DNA of 62,979 bases, filler included, from Reticulomyxa filosa (Eukaryota > Protista > Foraminifera): assembly GCA_000512085.1 (NCBI GenBank). It is 17 parts of 17 records of this genome, joined end to end, with 100 filler letters (N's around TTAATTAATTAA, not from the genome) between each part and the next. Parts side by side here need not be neighbours in the genome. Positions count along the whole stretch, not along the records: positions 26,041 to 28,858 come from ASPP01020545.1; positions 28,959 to 30,012 come from ASPP01010938.1; positions 30,113 to 31,193 come from ASPP01046768.1; positions 31,294 to 32,545 come from ASPP01024515.1; positions 32,646 to 39,450 come from ASPP01024886.1; 12 more parts are not named here. One strand, given 5' to 3'. Of the stretch, positions 26,041 through 38,398 are shown piece by piece. Each line of letters opens with the position of its first letter. Position 1 is the first letter of the stretch. The notes under the pieces were generated by a model that was given only the letters and a program-made list of their open reading frames with translations, ran no database searches and was not told where the DNA came from. Position numbers and translations under genes: made by a program.

Positions 26041-27812
26041 AAAAAAAAAAAAGTTTGGGCAAAGTCTCAAGTTGCGGAAATGTACCAAGCACAAGTAATG
26101 GACGCATTCAAAAAAAATAGTATCGATGGCAGATTATTTACCACTAGTGTACTTCATATGGAGGATATACGTGATCTTGGTATTCCCAACATTCCAGCTG
26201 GTCAGATCTTCAATGCTTATTTTGGGAAACATGCAGCAGAGATTAAAAAAAAACTAGAAAAAAACCACCAAAACTGGAATCCTGGTGCAACTGACCATGA
26301 ATTCAAATGCAGTGTGACAAATGGTAAAAACACCACACGTGTAATGATGAAGAAAACAATGACCATACGACAAATAAGAAATATGATAAACGAGACATGG
26401 AGTTTAAATGACAATGAGTATGAACTTATAGGTAGTGGACACACCTTGGCCGAACCTGACGTTACGTGTTTAGCTTTTTTTTTTGGTAGCTTATTTGTCA
26501 ATTTTTTTTTGGTGTGCATTGCTTAATACGGAACGAATTTAGAAAACTTTGGAACAGTACGGCATTATTGACTCGACAGTTTTTGCGTGTATAAGAAATA
26601 CACATGGTGGAGGCAGTGTTATTTCCAGTTTGTTGTTTGTCGTCGCTTTTTTTCTGGGTTTTGAGAGTAACTCTATTTTGTGGATTGAAGGTAATACAGG
26701 AAAAGAAGACACAGGAAAGGAATACGTAAAAAGACAAAACGTAAGAAAAGAATACGTAAGTAAAAGAGCTATAGCAAAAAAAGATATTCCAAAAGAAGAC
26801 ATTGGAAAAGAAGACGAGCAGAGAGTCCGTCATTTCAATCCCAAAAAAAATCCAGAAATCAAATTAGCAACTGAAAGAGATATAATAACATTAGACGATA
26901 ATGAGCTGATCCTACGGGCTCAAATGCCTTGTGGACATGCAATAGGAGCGCAAACTATGTACGAATACATCAAATGGAGACTTAGCAAGGATTTGGCCAC
27001 GACCGATATTTGTTGTCCTGATCCCAAATGTGCAAGAAAATGGGATTGGAGCCTGGTTGCCAAAGTAGCTGATTTGAGTATCTCAGAGAATTTAAGGTAC
27101 CAGCAGATAATGACAGACCGATTAATGAAAAGAAATGGAGTCAAAAAGTGTCCCAACTGTAAATCTTTGAGAGAGCCAAGCGAATCTCTTAATATTTTCA
27201 GGTGCAACACAAAAAAAAAAAAAAGCCTCTTTTTGTTAAATTTTCTTGGCATTGTTGTTGTTGTTGTGTTGTATGTGCAGGGCGGCTTGTTCTTCATGCA
27301 ACGAAGATTTTTGTTGGGCTTGTGAAAATTCTTGGAAAAGCAATGGACTACAAATTTGTGGAAATTCAGAGTGTCCTGTGTTGGATATTCAAATTATTTT
27401 GGATAGTTGCAAAAAAAAGACAACGTCTTTTGTTAACGTACAAATCCCGGAAATTAGGTCCTGTCCGCGTTGTCTGATGGTATTTTTTTTCCTTTTTTTT
27501 TTTTAAAGGGAGTGAACATATACATCATTTTTTTTCAAATTCATTCGAACAAAACCTTGCTACAAATTAAAATAGTTTGTGAAACATACAAATGGATGTA
27601 AGTCTGTAAAATGTAAAGGCTGCGGCTATTGGTTTTGCATGGCTTGCTTGGATGTTGCGAAAGGTAAAAATATTATTGAGTGTTTGGTTTATGTTTATTT
27701 GATAAACATGAATTCTTTTTACTATAAATACACAGCCAAAGATGTTTCAGATTTTTCTTGCTCATCACCTGGTAGGCAATGCACAATTGCACCTGTGCAG
27801 CAACTAATGTGA
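26041..27812 (+). CDS. SAM-like + ubiquitin-like + RBR (RING1-IBR-RING2) E3 ligase, multi-exon, 5'-partial
   Basis: FKKNSIDGRLF..IRDLGIP (SAM-like). LIGSGHTLAEPD|KTLEQYGI...RNTHGG (Ubl). MPCGH..CPDPKC, CPNC..CSSC..FCWAC..C..C and CPRC..HTNGCKSVKCKGCGYWFCMAC. Confidence 0.8.
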
Positions 27813-28091
27813 AAAAATTCAACAGACTAATGGCTCCAAATTGTAGTTTATTGTTACTATTTGTTTACTTATTTTGTCGGAAAAATGAAATGTTGTTTCT
27901 CGCTTTAATTTTTCTTCAATTAAAAACAAACAAATTGGGATTATATTTTCAAAAAATCAAAGTGAATCCTCTACAATAAAATTAGTGACGACAGAGTGGC
28001 ACAGTTCAAAAAATTATTCTCCTTTTTTTTTTACATTTGGCCCTTCTCAAGCAAATAATAATTAAAAATACCAACGTTTGAGTACTTTAAA

Positions 28092-28858
28092 ATGGAATCA
28101 AGTGATAACAAGTCAGAGCAAACACAGATAATGGATACTCCTACTCCTTTTGTAACGTTGGCCTCTTTACCAGTCTTACTTTCTCGTAGTCAATGTATAG
28201 TTTATAATCACGAAATTCTGATCTGTGGAGGTTGGGAAAATAAGACCTGTTATTCTTATCATACCATCAAAGATCAGTACAAGGCCATATGTTCGTATCC
28301 AGTGGATATTGAATTGGATGGGCATTGTGTGCTAAGACTTACAAATAATAGCAATCCAAATGGTATCACATTGTTATCCCTAGGCGGACAGTTTAAACAT
28401 ACATTAATAATGAAATATGTGAGTGTTTGGGATAATCCTGAAAACAGCGAGAATGAAGACAAAAGTAAAGAGACGATGGATGTTAATAAATGGACTGCTT
28501 TGACTGATAAATACAATAAGTCGATTTGTATTGGACGAAAGAAAGACAATTATAAAGGATTGCGTGCAGTGATTGGTGGCATTAATAGTCATTTATTATT
28601 CCTCACTTATCTGCCAGAGAATATTGATGTGTTTAATTTGCATACATTTCAATACGTGAATCATAGTACCTTACCAATAGGCAATAATATGTCATTTCAT
28701 TGTTTCGTGTCCAAAGCAGCAAATATAGCAGAAAGAGCAAGATCAAACGCAAATCAAAATAAAGATGCAATGCTATTATTTTCTGGAAAAACAGGACTAT
28801 CAATTGAATATGACAAACGTAACAACACATTTCAATATACTAACTTGCGTGTCAATTC
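28092..28858 (+). CDS. Kelch-like propeller protein, paralogue of the 9763 gene, 3'-truncated
   Basis: Shares SQC..HE.LICGG...TCYSYHTIK..Y..ICSYP..LDGHCV, HTL.MKYVSVW and HCFVSK blocks with 9763-10608. Confidence 0.88.
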
Positions 28859-28958
28859 NNNNNNNNNNNNNNNNNNNNNNNNNNNNNNNNNNNNNNNNNN
28901 NNTTAATTAATTAANNNNNNNNNNNNNNNNNNNNNNNNNNNNNNNNNNNNNNNNNNNN

Positions 28959-28992
<34 letters not shown>

Positions 28993-29048
28993 TGAAAGAT
29001 AACATACAAATAATAAACACATAATACACACTCATATAAAAACATTGA

Positions 29049-29990
29049 TTGAAAGTTAAAGACACGCCGACAAATTGCAAGGTCGGCCCACCCCGGAAAT
29101 GCACATTGAAGCTGGACTGCACCAAAGGTGTGGCAATATTAGAATGGCAAACTCCGCAGACGTTTGTCGGGAAAATAATGTACGAATTGTCGTACAGCTA
29201 CAAAACCGGCAAGGATGCGGAAAGCAAGAGATACAACAACTACATTGCACTAGGAGTCGTAGCACAAAGTCCGGTGTTCATTCCATTCAGCGAACTCTAT
29301 GCGTTCACTAAAGAATTTCAATGCGACTTGCTACAAATGAAAAAGCCTTGTTATATCCCAATCACAAAGTATTCCAAATGCGAACCATTCTTGGAATCGG
29401 CGATATTTATCCGTTGGTTACCTCCATTTATTCCAAGGTGTCTATACGTTATTCCTTTGCAAAAACCTTGCACATTGAAATTGTAAAACAATTTTTTTGG
29501 AGGTTATTCTTATATATACAAGTATACGTATACGTTACACTTTGATATAAACATATATGTACATATATATATATATATATATATATGTACGTATATATCA
29601 AAGTGTATGTTATACATAAGATATGGTGATACCTAAATCATATAGACAAGAACAAAGTAATGACTATGATTCACAATTATTTGCTTCGAGTTTGGACAGT
29701 GGTAAGGACGTGTCTTTGCCACAAGAAGAGTTGAAAAAAGAAGAGAAGGAGAATGTCGTAAGGGAAAAAGAAAAACAGCAACATGGTCTGATTTCTTACA
29801 AAAAATATGCCAAAGCACACGCTCGTGAAATAGTAATAAACAAGAACGAGTCGCATTTGTCCGCGGACTTGAACGATCCCACTCTTATTTATGTATGGCT
29901 CGTCAATCACAATATCCGTCACGAGAGTTCCACTGCGACATTGACGGAGCTGGTGGCTTCTCAAGGTCTATGTTTGACACTCTCTTGTTT
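29049..29990 (+). CDS. Fragment of a protein with a fibronectin type III-like segment
   Basis: GPP...AILEWQTP...IMYELSYS fits the FN3 W-x-x-P...Y-x-L-x-Y pattern. Two exon-like ORFs. Confidence 0.45.
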
Positions 29991-31479
29991 GTTTGCTTTT
30001 TTTTTTTTTTTTNNNNNNNNNNNNNNNNNNNNNNNNNNNNNNNNNNNNNNNNNNNNTTAATTAATTAANNNNNNNNNNNNNNNNNNNNNNNNNNNNNNNN
30101 NNNNNNNNNNNNAAATCTTTCTCCCGTCTACAAAATTTTTACTTTTGAACTTATTCGCTCTAGCAGAACTCTCGAAGACAAAAGAAAATTGTCAAAATGG
30201 GGCTGTCATTTTGAATTCCCAAAAAATGATTTAAATTATTGATTTTTTGGATAAAATTTTGGTTCCAGTTTGTGTTTGTGCAAAAGAGGGCTGCTTGTCA
30301 AAAAAAAGGGAGAAACTTCGCATTTTAAGTGATTTTCGCCAAAAATTTATTACAGCAAATTGGCTCGTAAAATGGACATGAATTGGGCTGGATTAAAGAA
30401 TTTAATCAAATGATATTTTAAAAAATATTGTTTCAAACCAAAATGACGCATGAAATTTACAATTAAGAAAGAAAGAAAATAAAAGCAAAAGCAATGATAG
30501 TTGTGGTTGTAGTATTTATCTGTGTATGCATATTTTGGTACAGAATCATTTTTCCAACAACATGAACAAATTTTTTGACCGATTTGATTTTTTTGAGTAA
30601 TTTTTTATCTCACTACACTATCCATAAACTATATTCTTTGTTCAAGGGAGCAATCGTAAATAAAAAGAGAAATCGTGTGAAATTGAGGATTAACAAAAAT
30701 ACTCTTACACGATGACTTTCAAGAGTCACTCCGATTTAAAAAAAAATCGTTGGAAAAACAAACAATGCAGTAATTTTCATTATAATAAAGATCGAAATTG
30801 TGTTTTTATTCTTTTCCAGCTTGTATGTCTTCTTAATGTAAAAACAAAACTTACTCTAATTTTTTTGGAGTCGATTTTATCTGACGTTTAATAAAATAAT
30901 TTAATTTTTGACTAACTTTCAAAAGGAATCTTGTTAACGAAGACGAAAGCCAAAATGATAAATTAATCATATATTGTTCATGTTATAGTATCAAGCAAAA
31001 CGCAAATCATTCTATTGACCTTTTATTAAATTTTAAATAATGTTCAAGGAAATATAGCTATGCTTGTTTTTATCATTATTTGAGAAGGAAAAAAAATGAA
31101 TTTATGGTATGAAAAAAATAATTTTCACATGTGAATGTTAACAAAGGAGTGATTAATTGAATCAAGTCTTTCTTTTTCAATAGAAGACAAAAANNNNNNN
31201 NNNNNNNNNNNNNNNNNNNNNNNNNNNNNNNNNNNNNTTAATTAATTAANNNNNNNNNNNNNNNNNNNNNNNNNNNNNNNNNNNNNNNNNNNNACGATGA
31301 TGATAATATAAAATTTTTATTTATTTCCTTTTGCACTTTGAAACTTTTGCTTTTTGCTATTTTGCCATGGGATTATGTATTTGGACAGATTGTCCTTCCC
31401 CTTAGTCGTTGGCACTTTTTTACCACTATTTTGGCTTGTCTGCCTTCAATGATGAAGGGGATTCATTATTTTTTATTTA

Positions 31480-32350
31480 GACCATGATGATCCCTGAGGT
31501 ACACCTGTTTCAAAGGTTGAACGCTTAAATTGGTTCCATTCAACAACTAACCACAAATACAGTCTTCTTTTCAAATTTATTTTTTTTTAGATTGGTTGCT
31601 TGTCTTGTTGGGCTACTCTCTTCATCATCAAGAAATATTGTATTGTGATATCAATCCCTTCGCAAATTCAATGTTTATTCCATTGATTAGTGATTCAATC
31701 CATGATTATTTAGTAATGCTTCTGACGAACTTGTAATAATCACCATTCCACAATGTAATATGTGAAATTACTCACATATTCCAATGCAAGTCTCATTGCT
31801 TCAATTTCTGATCTAATGTTTGTCGTAATGCCATTGATTGTATTTCCAACGCAATTTCGGCAAATATTTATGTTGAATGTCAAGTCATTTACCTCCAATT
31901 CCAGGATTTGAAAATGTACTTCCAATATCACAATACAATCAAAATCCAACGATAACAAAATTTCATCTGCTGCAAATGGTGATTTATTTGATTGTGGCAT
32001 CGTAGAATATTTGTAATTTGATTTGATTCTGTTCAACTGTGGCACTCCAGTATCAGTTTCATTGATGTATCTACATTATAATGTTGACAATTTGCCTATC
32101 CATGATATGTAATTCAAATGAGTCTTTGGTCTTGACTAATTCCAAGTCTGTGTGCCAACACAAAATTATGACTATTGAATCGACCTGATCATCTTATACA
32201 CTTGAAATACAGCTTCAACTCTTCTTGTCTTCATTTCAATTCAAGAAGATGAAAAACAACATTGGCTGTGTAAATATCCAAGTTTTCTCGAAGTTTTTCC
32301 ATGTGATAACCAAGAAACAATCCAAGATATTTCACATGATTGCACTCATT
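31480..32350 (-). mobile_element. Heavily decayed non-LTR retrotransposon (RT and RNase H-like debris)
   Basis: NHVKYLGLFL near 32320, INGITTNIRSEIEAMRLALEY near 31800, and RLYLWL and FETGVPQGSS at 31490-31565. Many stops and shifts. Confidence 0.55.
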
Positions 32351-32648
32351 TATGTTTGAATCTGCAATATCAATTTCATCTTTGTGAATTTTCTTTTATT
32401 TTGATAACTACGTCTAAGCTGCAAGTAACATATTCCATTTATTCGACCTATACAGTAGAATGCAAAGTAAAGTTAACACCTAAAACAGCACCTTATAGAG
32501 ATTATTGATTTTCTACATGAAAAACAACATTCAGACCTAATTTTTNNNNNNNNNNNNNNNNNNNNNNNNNNNNNNNNNNNNNNNNNNNNTTAATTAATTA
32601 ANNNNNNNNNNNNNNNNNNNNNNNNNNNNNNNNNNNNNNNNNNNNTTT

Positions 32649-32684
<36 letters not shown>

Positions 32685-32687
<3 letters not shown>

Positions 32688-33238
32688 TTTGAAGAAGACA
32701 ATGATGACATAATGTTTCAATTGCGCAAACAACAAATGGTCGAACTAATCCGCCGTGGCGAACATGAAAAAGCGATCGAGTATGCTGCAAAACATATCAC
32801 CGCATCATTTCTTGAACATGTAAAACAAAACAAAAATTGATGTTTTTTTTTTTTTTTTTTTTGTAGCAGTAAAAAAATGGCAATGCCAATTTACGTATAC
32901 TTTTTAATAACAAGTATAAGAACACATATTCAGTTGTGACCGTGGGGTGGGGATGTCGATTGTGCTTTGTTCAGCCAGAGAGATTTAAGGAAATCGAGAA
33001 AATAATGGGATTGGTGGTGTTTCCGAACCCGGACAACGCCAGTCAATGGATGAAAGCGCCGTTGGATCTGAAGGTGCGTTATGCGTTGGCGGACGTGATA
33101 AACGACTCGTTGTCGAAAACGCTTGGAGTGGTGGAGATGAACGAAGCGTTTGAAAAGGAAAGTGCGCAGTATTATGACTACATTGAGCAGCAAATGTTTG
33201 CACAGAAAAGTTTGGAAAGTTCGGACGGTAACAATAAC

Positions 33239-33269
<31 letters not shown>

Positions 33270-33706
33270 GCAGTAATAATAATAATAATAATAACAATAA
33301 CAGTAACAATAGTAACAATGGTAATAATAACAATAGCAGTGACTCTTTGACGATTGAGTATGTACGAGACAAAGTCAAGTTCAATAGCGAACATGTGTAT
33401 GGCGATAGTCGCTTGTATTACTATTTATGTGCTCATGACTACTACAGTGGCTTAGTCTCTGAGATGGAACAACAGTTTGCTCACAATCGTGTGGATCCCG
33501 CCACTGCGCCCAAACCAAAACCCAGAGAAGTGGTCTCTTCTGATAACATCCCACTTCACTCTGGACCTCCTCCACCGCCACCACCTTCATCTCATATTGG
33601 CTCTGGTTCCGAAATGCTACAGTTGCTACGCTTGCAATTTCGACAAAGGCAGCCCGAACAACGAAGAAGAGATGCTCTTGATCGAGAGAGAGCCAGCGGA
33701 GTGTAA
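32685..33706 (+). CDS. CTLH/CRA-domain protein (GID8/RanBP9-like), 5'-partial
   Basis: Exon DIMFQLRKQQMVELIRRGEHEKAIEYAAKHI (not in the ORF track) spliced to PERFKEIEKIMGLVVFPNP..LDLKVRYALADVIND. Confidence 0.8.
33229..33337 (+). repeat. (AAT/AAC)n poly-Asn coding microsatellite
   Basis: Visible triplet run. Similar runs occur at 2658-2692, 18152-18181 and 37374-37401. Confidence 0.9.
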
Positions 33707-34289
33707 GTTGGCATTTCGACCTTTCATTTCTTGCATACTTTTTTTGTTTTTGCATTTTGCAACAACTCATACTTATTTTCCCTCCCACTCTCACGTTTGC
33801 AAACACATTGCTCCTGGACCAACTTTTTGAAAACTTCTTTTTCATTATCTGCTGCCCGAAAACTGGTCTTTCTTGGCACAGTTGATGTTGTGTGCCAACA
33901 ACGTTCACTCTCCCCCTTTTTTTTTTTTTTTTGTGTTTTGTCAAACTACTAAAATCTTTGAGCTTGTCAGTTTTTTGGTTGTTGTTTTTTCCTAAATGTT
34001 TTCTCAATTTTATTCTAAACGAAACTAGTTTACCCCGTTGTGTCAGAATGACAAACGCTGGCAAAGTGTTTTGATGATCTTGCTTTGTTTTGTTTTGTTT
34101 TTGAGGTTGAGATCAGAGCCAACGCATAAATTTGACAAGTTACTCATAAACGATTTTCCGAGCTGATCTTTTCCATATATTGTGGTTATTTAAGTTTGGA
34201 AGTAATTCAAAGGTTTTTGCGTTTGCGAAACAAAAAAAAAAAGGAAGAGAAATAAAGCTTTTCAAGGAGCAGAATTAAAAAAACCTTCG

Positions 34290-36298
34290 ATGTCGACTAA
34301 TAATCAACATCAGAGCGGAAAAAATGTCTCAGATACAAGTGTGATGCTTTCACAATCTCTCATGTTCACAGAGGGAAGTGACATGAGCGATTCTTCTAAT
34401 CAAAATACTCACAACAAACACTCTTCTAAAGATTGGCGCACAGTACTGTCCCCGTCAGTGGCGTTTTTCGGTGTGCAGTTAATATTGGCTCTGGAAAGTG
34501 GAGACGGCAGCGCTTACTTGAGTGAGCTTGGATTGAGCGAGCAAGACTTGGGTTACGCATGGCTAGCAGCACCACTGCTCGGGTTGGTATTGCAGCCGTG
34601 CGTTGGAGCTTGGAGTGATCGCTGCTCGTCGAAATATGGCCGCCGAAGACCTTTCATAGGAATCCTGGGCGGTCTACTGGCAATCCTGTGTGCAATATTT
34701 TCCAACGCTAGCAGTCTTGGACAGTGGCTTGGAGATCATCCCGGCGATAAAGACGTTCGGCCAGTGGGTTTGTCGATTGGTTTGGTTTGTTTATTTCTTA
34801 TTGATCTAACTATTAATTGTGTCGAAGGTTTGCGATTATTCTTAAAAAAAAAAAAAGAAGGGGAAAGTACAAAAAAAAAAATTTATTTGATTGATGGGGG
34901 GGGGAAAAAAAAAAAAGGTCCCTTGAGAGCATTGATAAGTGACACATGCGATGAACAACAACAAGTGGAATCGAACAGTTTTTTCGGAGTTCAAAATGGA
35001 CTGGCCCAAGCCTGTGGCTATTTACTGGTGGCAATAATCTTTATCACAGCCATGTCATGGGGCATTGGAGCATTTGTACTTTTGTTCTGTATCATCTTCA
35101 CGCTTATGTCGGTGAAAGAGAAACCTGTAGATGCAGCCTCATTTCATCGGATGCACGATCAACCAATCAACTTCAATAAAGGCGATGGCAAAGAAATTAA
35201 TGATGACGATGGTGATGATGATGATGATAATGATAATGATAATGATAATGATGATGCCAGCATTAGCAATGTTGTCATCAACGGGGTGACAAAGAATGGC
35301 TTTGTTGCTGTAAAGGACTCCAAAAAGGTACGTCGCTCTTCGTCAATCATTGAACATAAACATATGTTTCGGGAAGTGTTGCAAGAAATATGGTGGGGAT
35401 GGAAACACGTTCCTGATGTTATTCTACGCTGCATTTTGTTCATTTTTTTGCATTTGTTGGCTTTTATTGCATGTGGATCTATCTAGCCGATTTTTATGGT
35501 CGATCAGTGTACGATGGACAAGCTCATGCGAAGGAGCACACCAAAGAATTTGATCAATATGAAAAAGGCGTTTCTTCAGGCTTGTTTACTTTGTCTCATT
35601 TTTTTTTTTTTTTTCAAAGTCTTTGGAATAAAAACTTGACGATTGAAATTTTTTCATTATTATTGGTTGGTTGTATATTGTTTTCTCCCTCTCTCTTTTT
35701 AGCCAATTATGCGTACATGGCAATGAGCTTGGTTGGTGGAATTTGTTCTTTGGCGCTGGATCCGTTAACAAAGAGATTTGGCGTTAAAGCGGTTTGGTGT
35801 GCATGCTTGGGAAGTGCTGGGTGTTAAGTTGCAATTTTGCTTGTATCAACACAAATTGATTTATTTCACACAAAACAAAAAATTACAGCGGCATTAATAA
35901 TGACTCCAATTTTCATTGGAGGACCAGTTGGTGGCGCAATAGCAGTTCATAGTCTCGTTGGATTGGGTTTGTGCGCGTCATTTTCCTTGCCTTGGGCAAT
36001 TGTTACAAAATATTCATTGTTATATGATCAGAGTAGGAGTGGACTGTGGTCCACAATTTTCAACTCTTCGGAATGTGTTGCAGAAATTTTGGTCAGTTTA
36101 GCAGCTGGCAACCTGGCTGACGCATTCAAACACTCCACTGCTGTGGTCATGGTTTTGGGTGGAATTTCTTTAGTTATTGCAAGTTTTTTAGTTTTGCGAG
36201 TCAGAGATCCATCTCATGCTTTTCAATATGACAAAATTGAGCCAGCTTCAAGTCATGAACAAACCCAAATACAAAAAGAAGCGGAGAGTTGGAAGTGA
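34290..36298 (+). CDS. SLC45/sucrose-proton symporter-like MFS (GPH) transporter, multi-exon
   Basis: WLAAPLLGLVLQPCVGAWSDRCSSKYGRRRPFI, GPLRALISD, FYGRSVYDG..YEKGV and SLPWAIV motifs. One T-run frameshift near 35435. Confidence 0.9.
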
Positions 36299-36592
36299 CA
36301 AGGCTAGAAGAAAACGATAGCAAGACAGATGAGTATGATAGTTTGTTGGGGCACAAAACGCCAGCATTGATTAACAAATCTCTTTTTTTTCTTTCTTTCT
36401 TGCCAAACAGGCCTTTTAAGATGTCTTATTTTTAAAAAAGAGAAAGCTTTAAAATAACATTGAAGTAAGAATTTGATTTGTTTTGCTTTGACCTTGTCAA
36501 ATTCTTTCCCCTCCTCCCCCATTTGCCTAGATGCAAAACACATGTTTTGGAATTTACTACGAATTTGAAGAGGGGAAAAGGAAATTTTTTTT

Positions 36593-38175
36593 TCAGCTAA
36601 GCAACTGCACAATTTCCGATGCATGTTCAAACGCTTGCGGGTACGTTGTTTTCACTTTTTCCAATTCTTTCACTTTTCTTTTGGCAACTTCCAAAGGAGT
36701 ATCTTTTTTTTTATTTTTACATTTTTATCAACTTTATTACTTGACAACAACGTTTTCACCATATCCACATTGTACTCTTCCACCATCATATGCAAGGCAG
36801 TGTTTCCCTGTTTTGTGTAAATAGAGGAATTTTATTTGCTCAAAAAAAAAAAAAAACGTGAATAAAGAGTTTGACTTAGAAGGAGTGTAGCAGCAATGTA
36901 ATATATGTGATATGTAAAAAGTAAGATGAAGATATTAAACAGTGTTCGGTTCAATGGCATTGATAGCATTTGGTGACATGACTTGGAGTAATAAGCATAC
37001 AAAATCTGTTTTGTGCCAACAAACACATTTATGTAAAGCAGTATTGCCAAACATGTCTGTGCCATCACAATTGATGTCGTCTTGTTTCAACATTCTTTGG
37101 AAATCTTCCAAAGTTGTTTCACCAAATTCAATTTTTTTGCTCAAAGAGTGTATTGCTTTTTTCTGATATTGTCCGAGACGTGTTTTTTCTTCCTTTTCGT
37201 CACTTTGATTACTGTGTTGTGGTTTATCGATCACTTTCCCTCCCACATCAAAGGCATGGGAGACTTTGAGTTGTTCCATGGTGGTGTCTTTGTGGACTCG
37301 ATCGAGTTTGCGATTGGCTTTTTGCATCAGCTCTTTTACCAAAGCATCATTTCGATGTAATGTTGTCAATATATTGTTGTTATTGTTGTTGTTGTTGTTA
37401 TTGCCCTTGTCTCCTTTTTTTGTTTCGAAATGGTCTACTTTTTGCTTGGCCTCTTGCTGGATTTCATCATTGCAATATTTTGTCAACACTTTTTGTGTCT
37501 CCACTTCCCCATTTTCAATTGCCACACGCAACGCTGTGCGGCTCCATTGATCTTTCAATCCTACATCAATCACTTTGCTTTGGCAGAGTATCTCCACGGC
37601 ATGTGCTCGGCCGGCTGTTATCAAATATGTAAAATTCAATGTAACGAGCAAAGAGATTCATATACGCAAATGAACAAACATAGATTTATTATTATCATAA
37701 AAAAAGATAACAAAAAAATAAATAAATAAATAAATAAAAATAAACAAACAAAACCGGCTGATGCTTCGTGAAGTGCTGTTTCTCCCCAATTATTGGCGGC
37801 ATTAACATTCAGTCTGCGATTTTCCGGTATTTGATCTTTGTTGCTCTCGCCAGGTACACACGAGTGCAACAATAGCTGAATCGCATTCACAGCATTGCCA
37901 GACACTGCTTTGTGAAGACACGTGTGCCCACGCTTCGACTTCAAATTCACGTCTATTTTTGGATGAGACAATAACTCTTCCATCACTAATGTCTCATCGA
38001 AATAACAAGCCCAATGCAGTGGTGTGTTGCCACGATCATCTTGTATATTCACGTTGTTTTTTTCGTCCTCCAGCAATTTCTTTGTCTCTTCCACATCTCC
38101 ACGCATGGCAGCAGACAGCAACCCTGTTGGCTCTGTGGAAGAAGGGGCAGATCGCTTCGCAGACTCGGCTTTCAT
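36593..38175 (-). CDS. Ankyrin-repeat protein, multi-exon
   Basis: GNTPLHWAC, GHTCLHKAV, GETALHEAS, SRTALRVAI, GNTALHKCV, and a last exon with GNTALHMMV and DTPLEVA. Confidence 0.9.
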
Positions 38176-38398
38176 CCACAAATGATGATTGATTATACAC
38201 AAAGCCCCCCCCAAAAAAAAAAATCCTGAACTATATTAAAACTATGCAGCACACAAATGTTATCATTATTTTGTTTGTTTGTTAATGTATATAGCACTTT
38301 GCAATTGTGCAAGAAAAATTTAAATATATACCAACAAGAAAAGGAGGCAGAAAGGACAGAAGTAAGAAAAAAAAGAGACTGATTTCATATTTCAAACA

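Noticed and set aside
30113-31193. Gene-free AT-rich contig as ncRNA or transposon
   Set aside because: I found no ORF, long inverted repeat, tRNA or rRNA signature by eye.
38330-38388. Signal-peptide exon for the ankyrin gene (MKSVSFFFLLLSFLPPFLV)
   Set aside because: It needs an indel, and hydrophobicity is expected from the reverse of a purine-rich strand. The ATG at 38175 is simpler.
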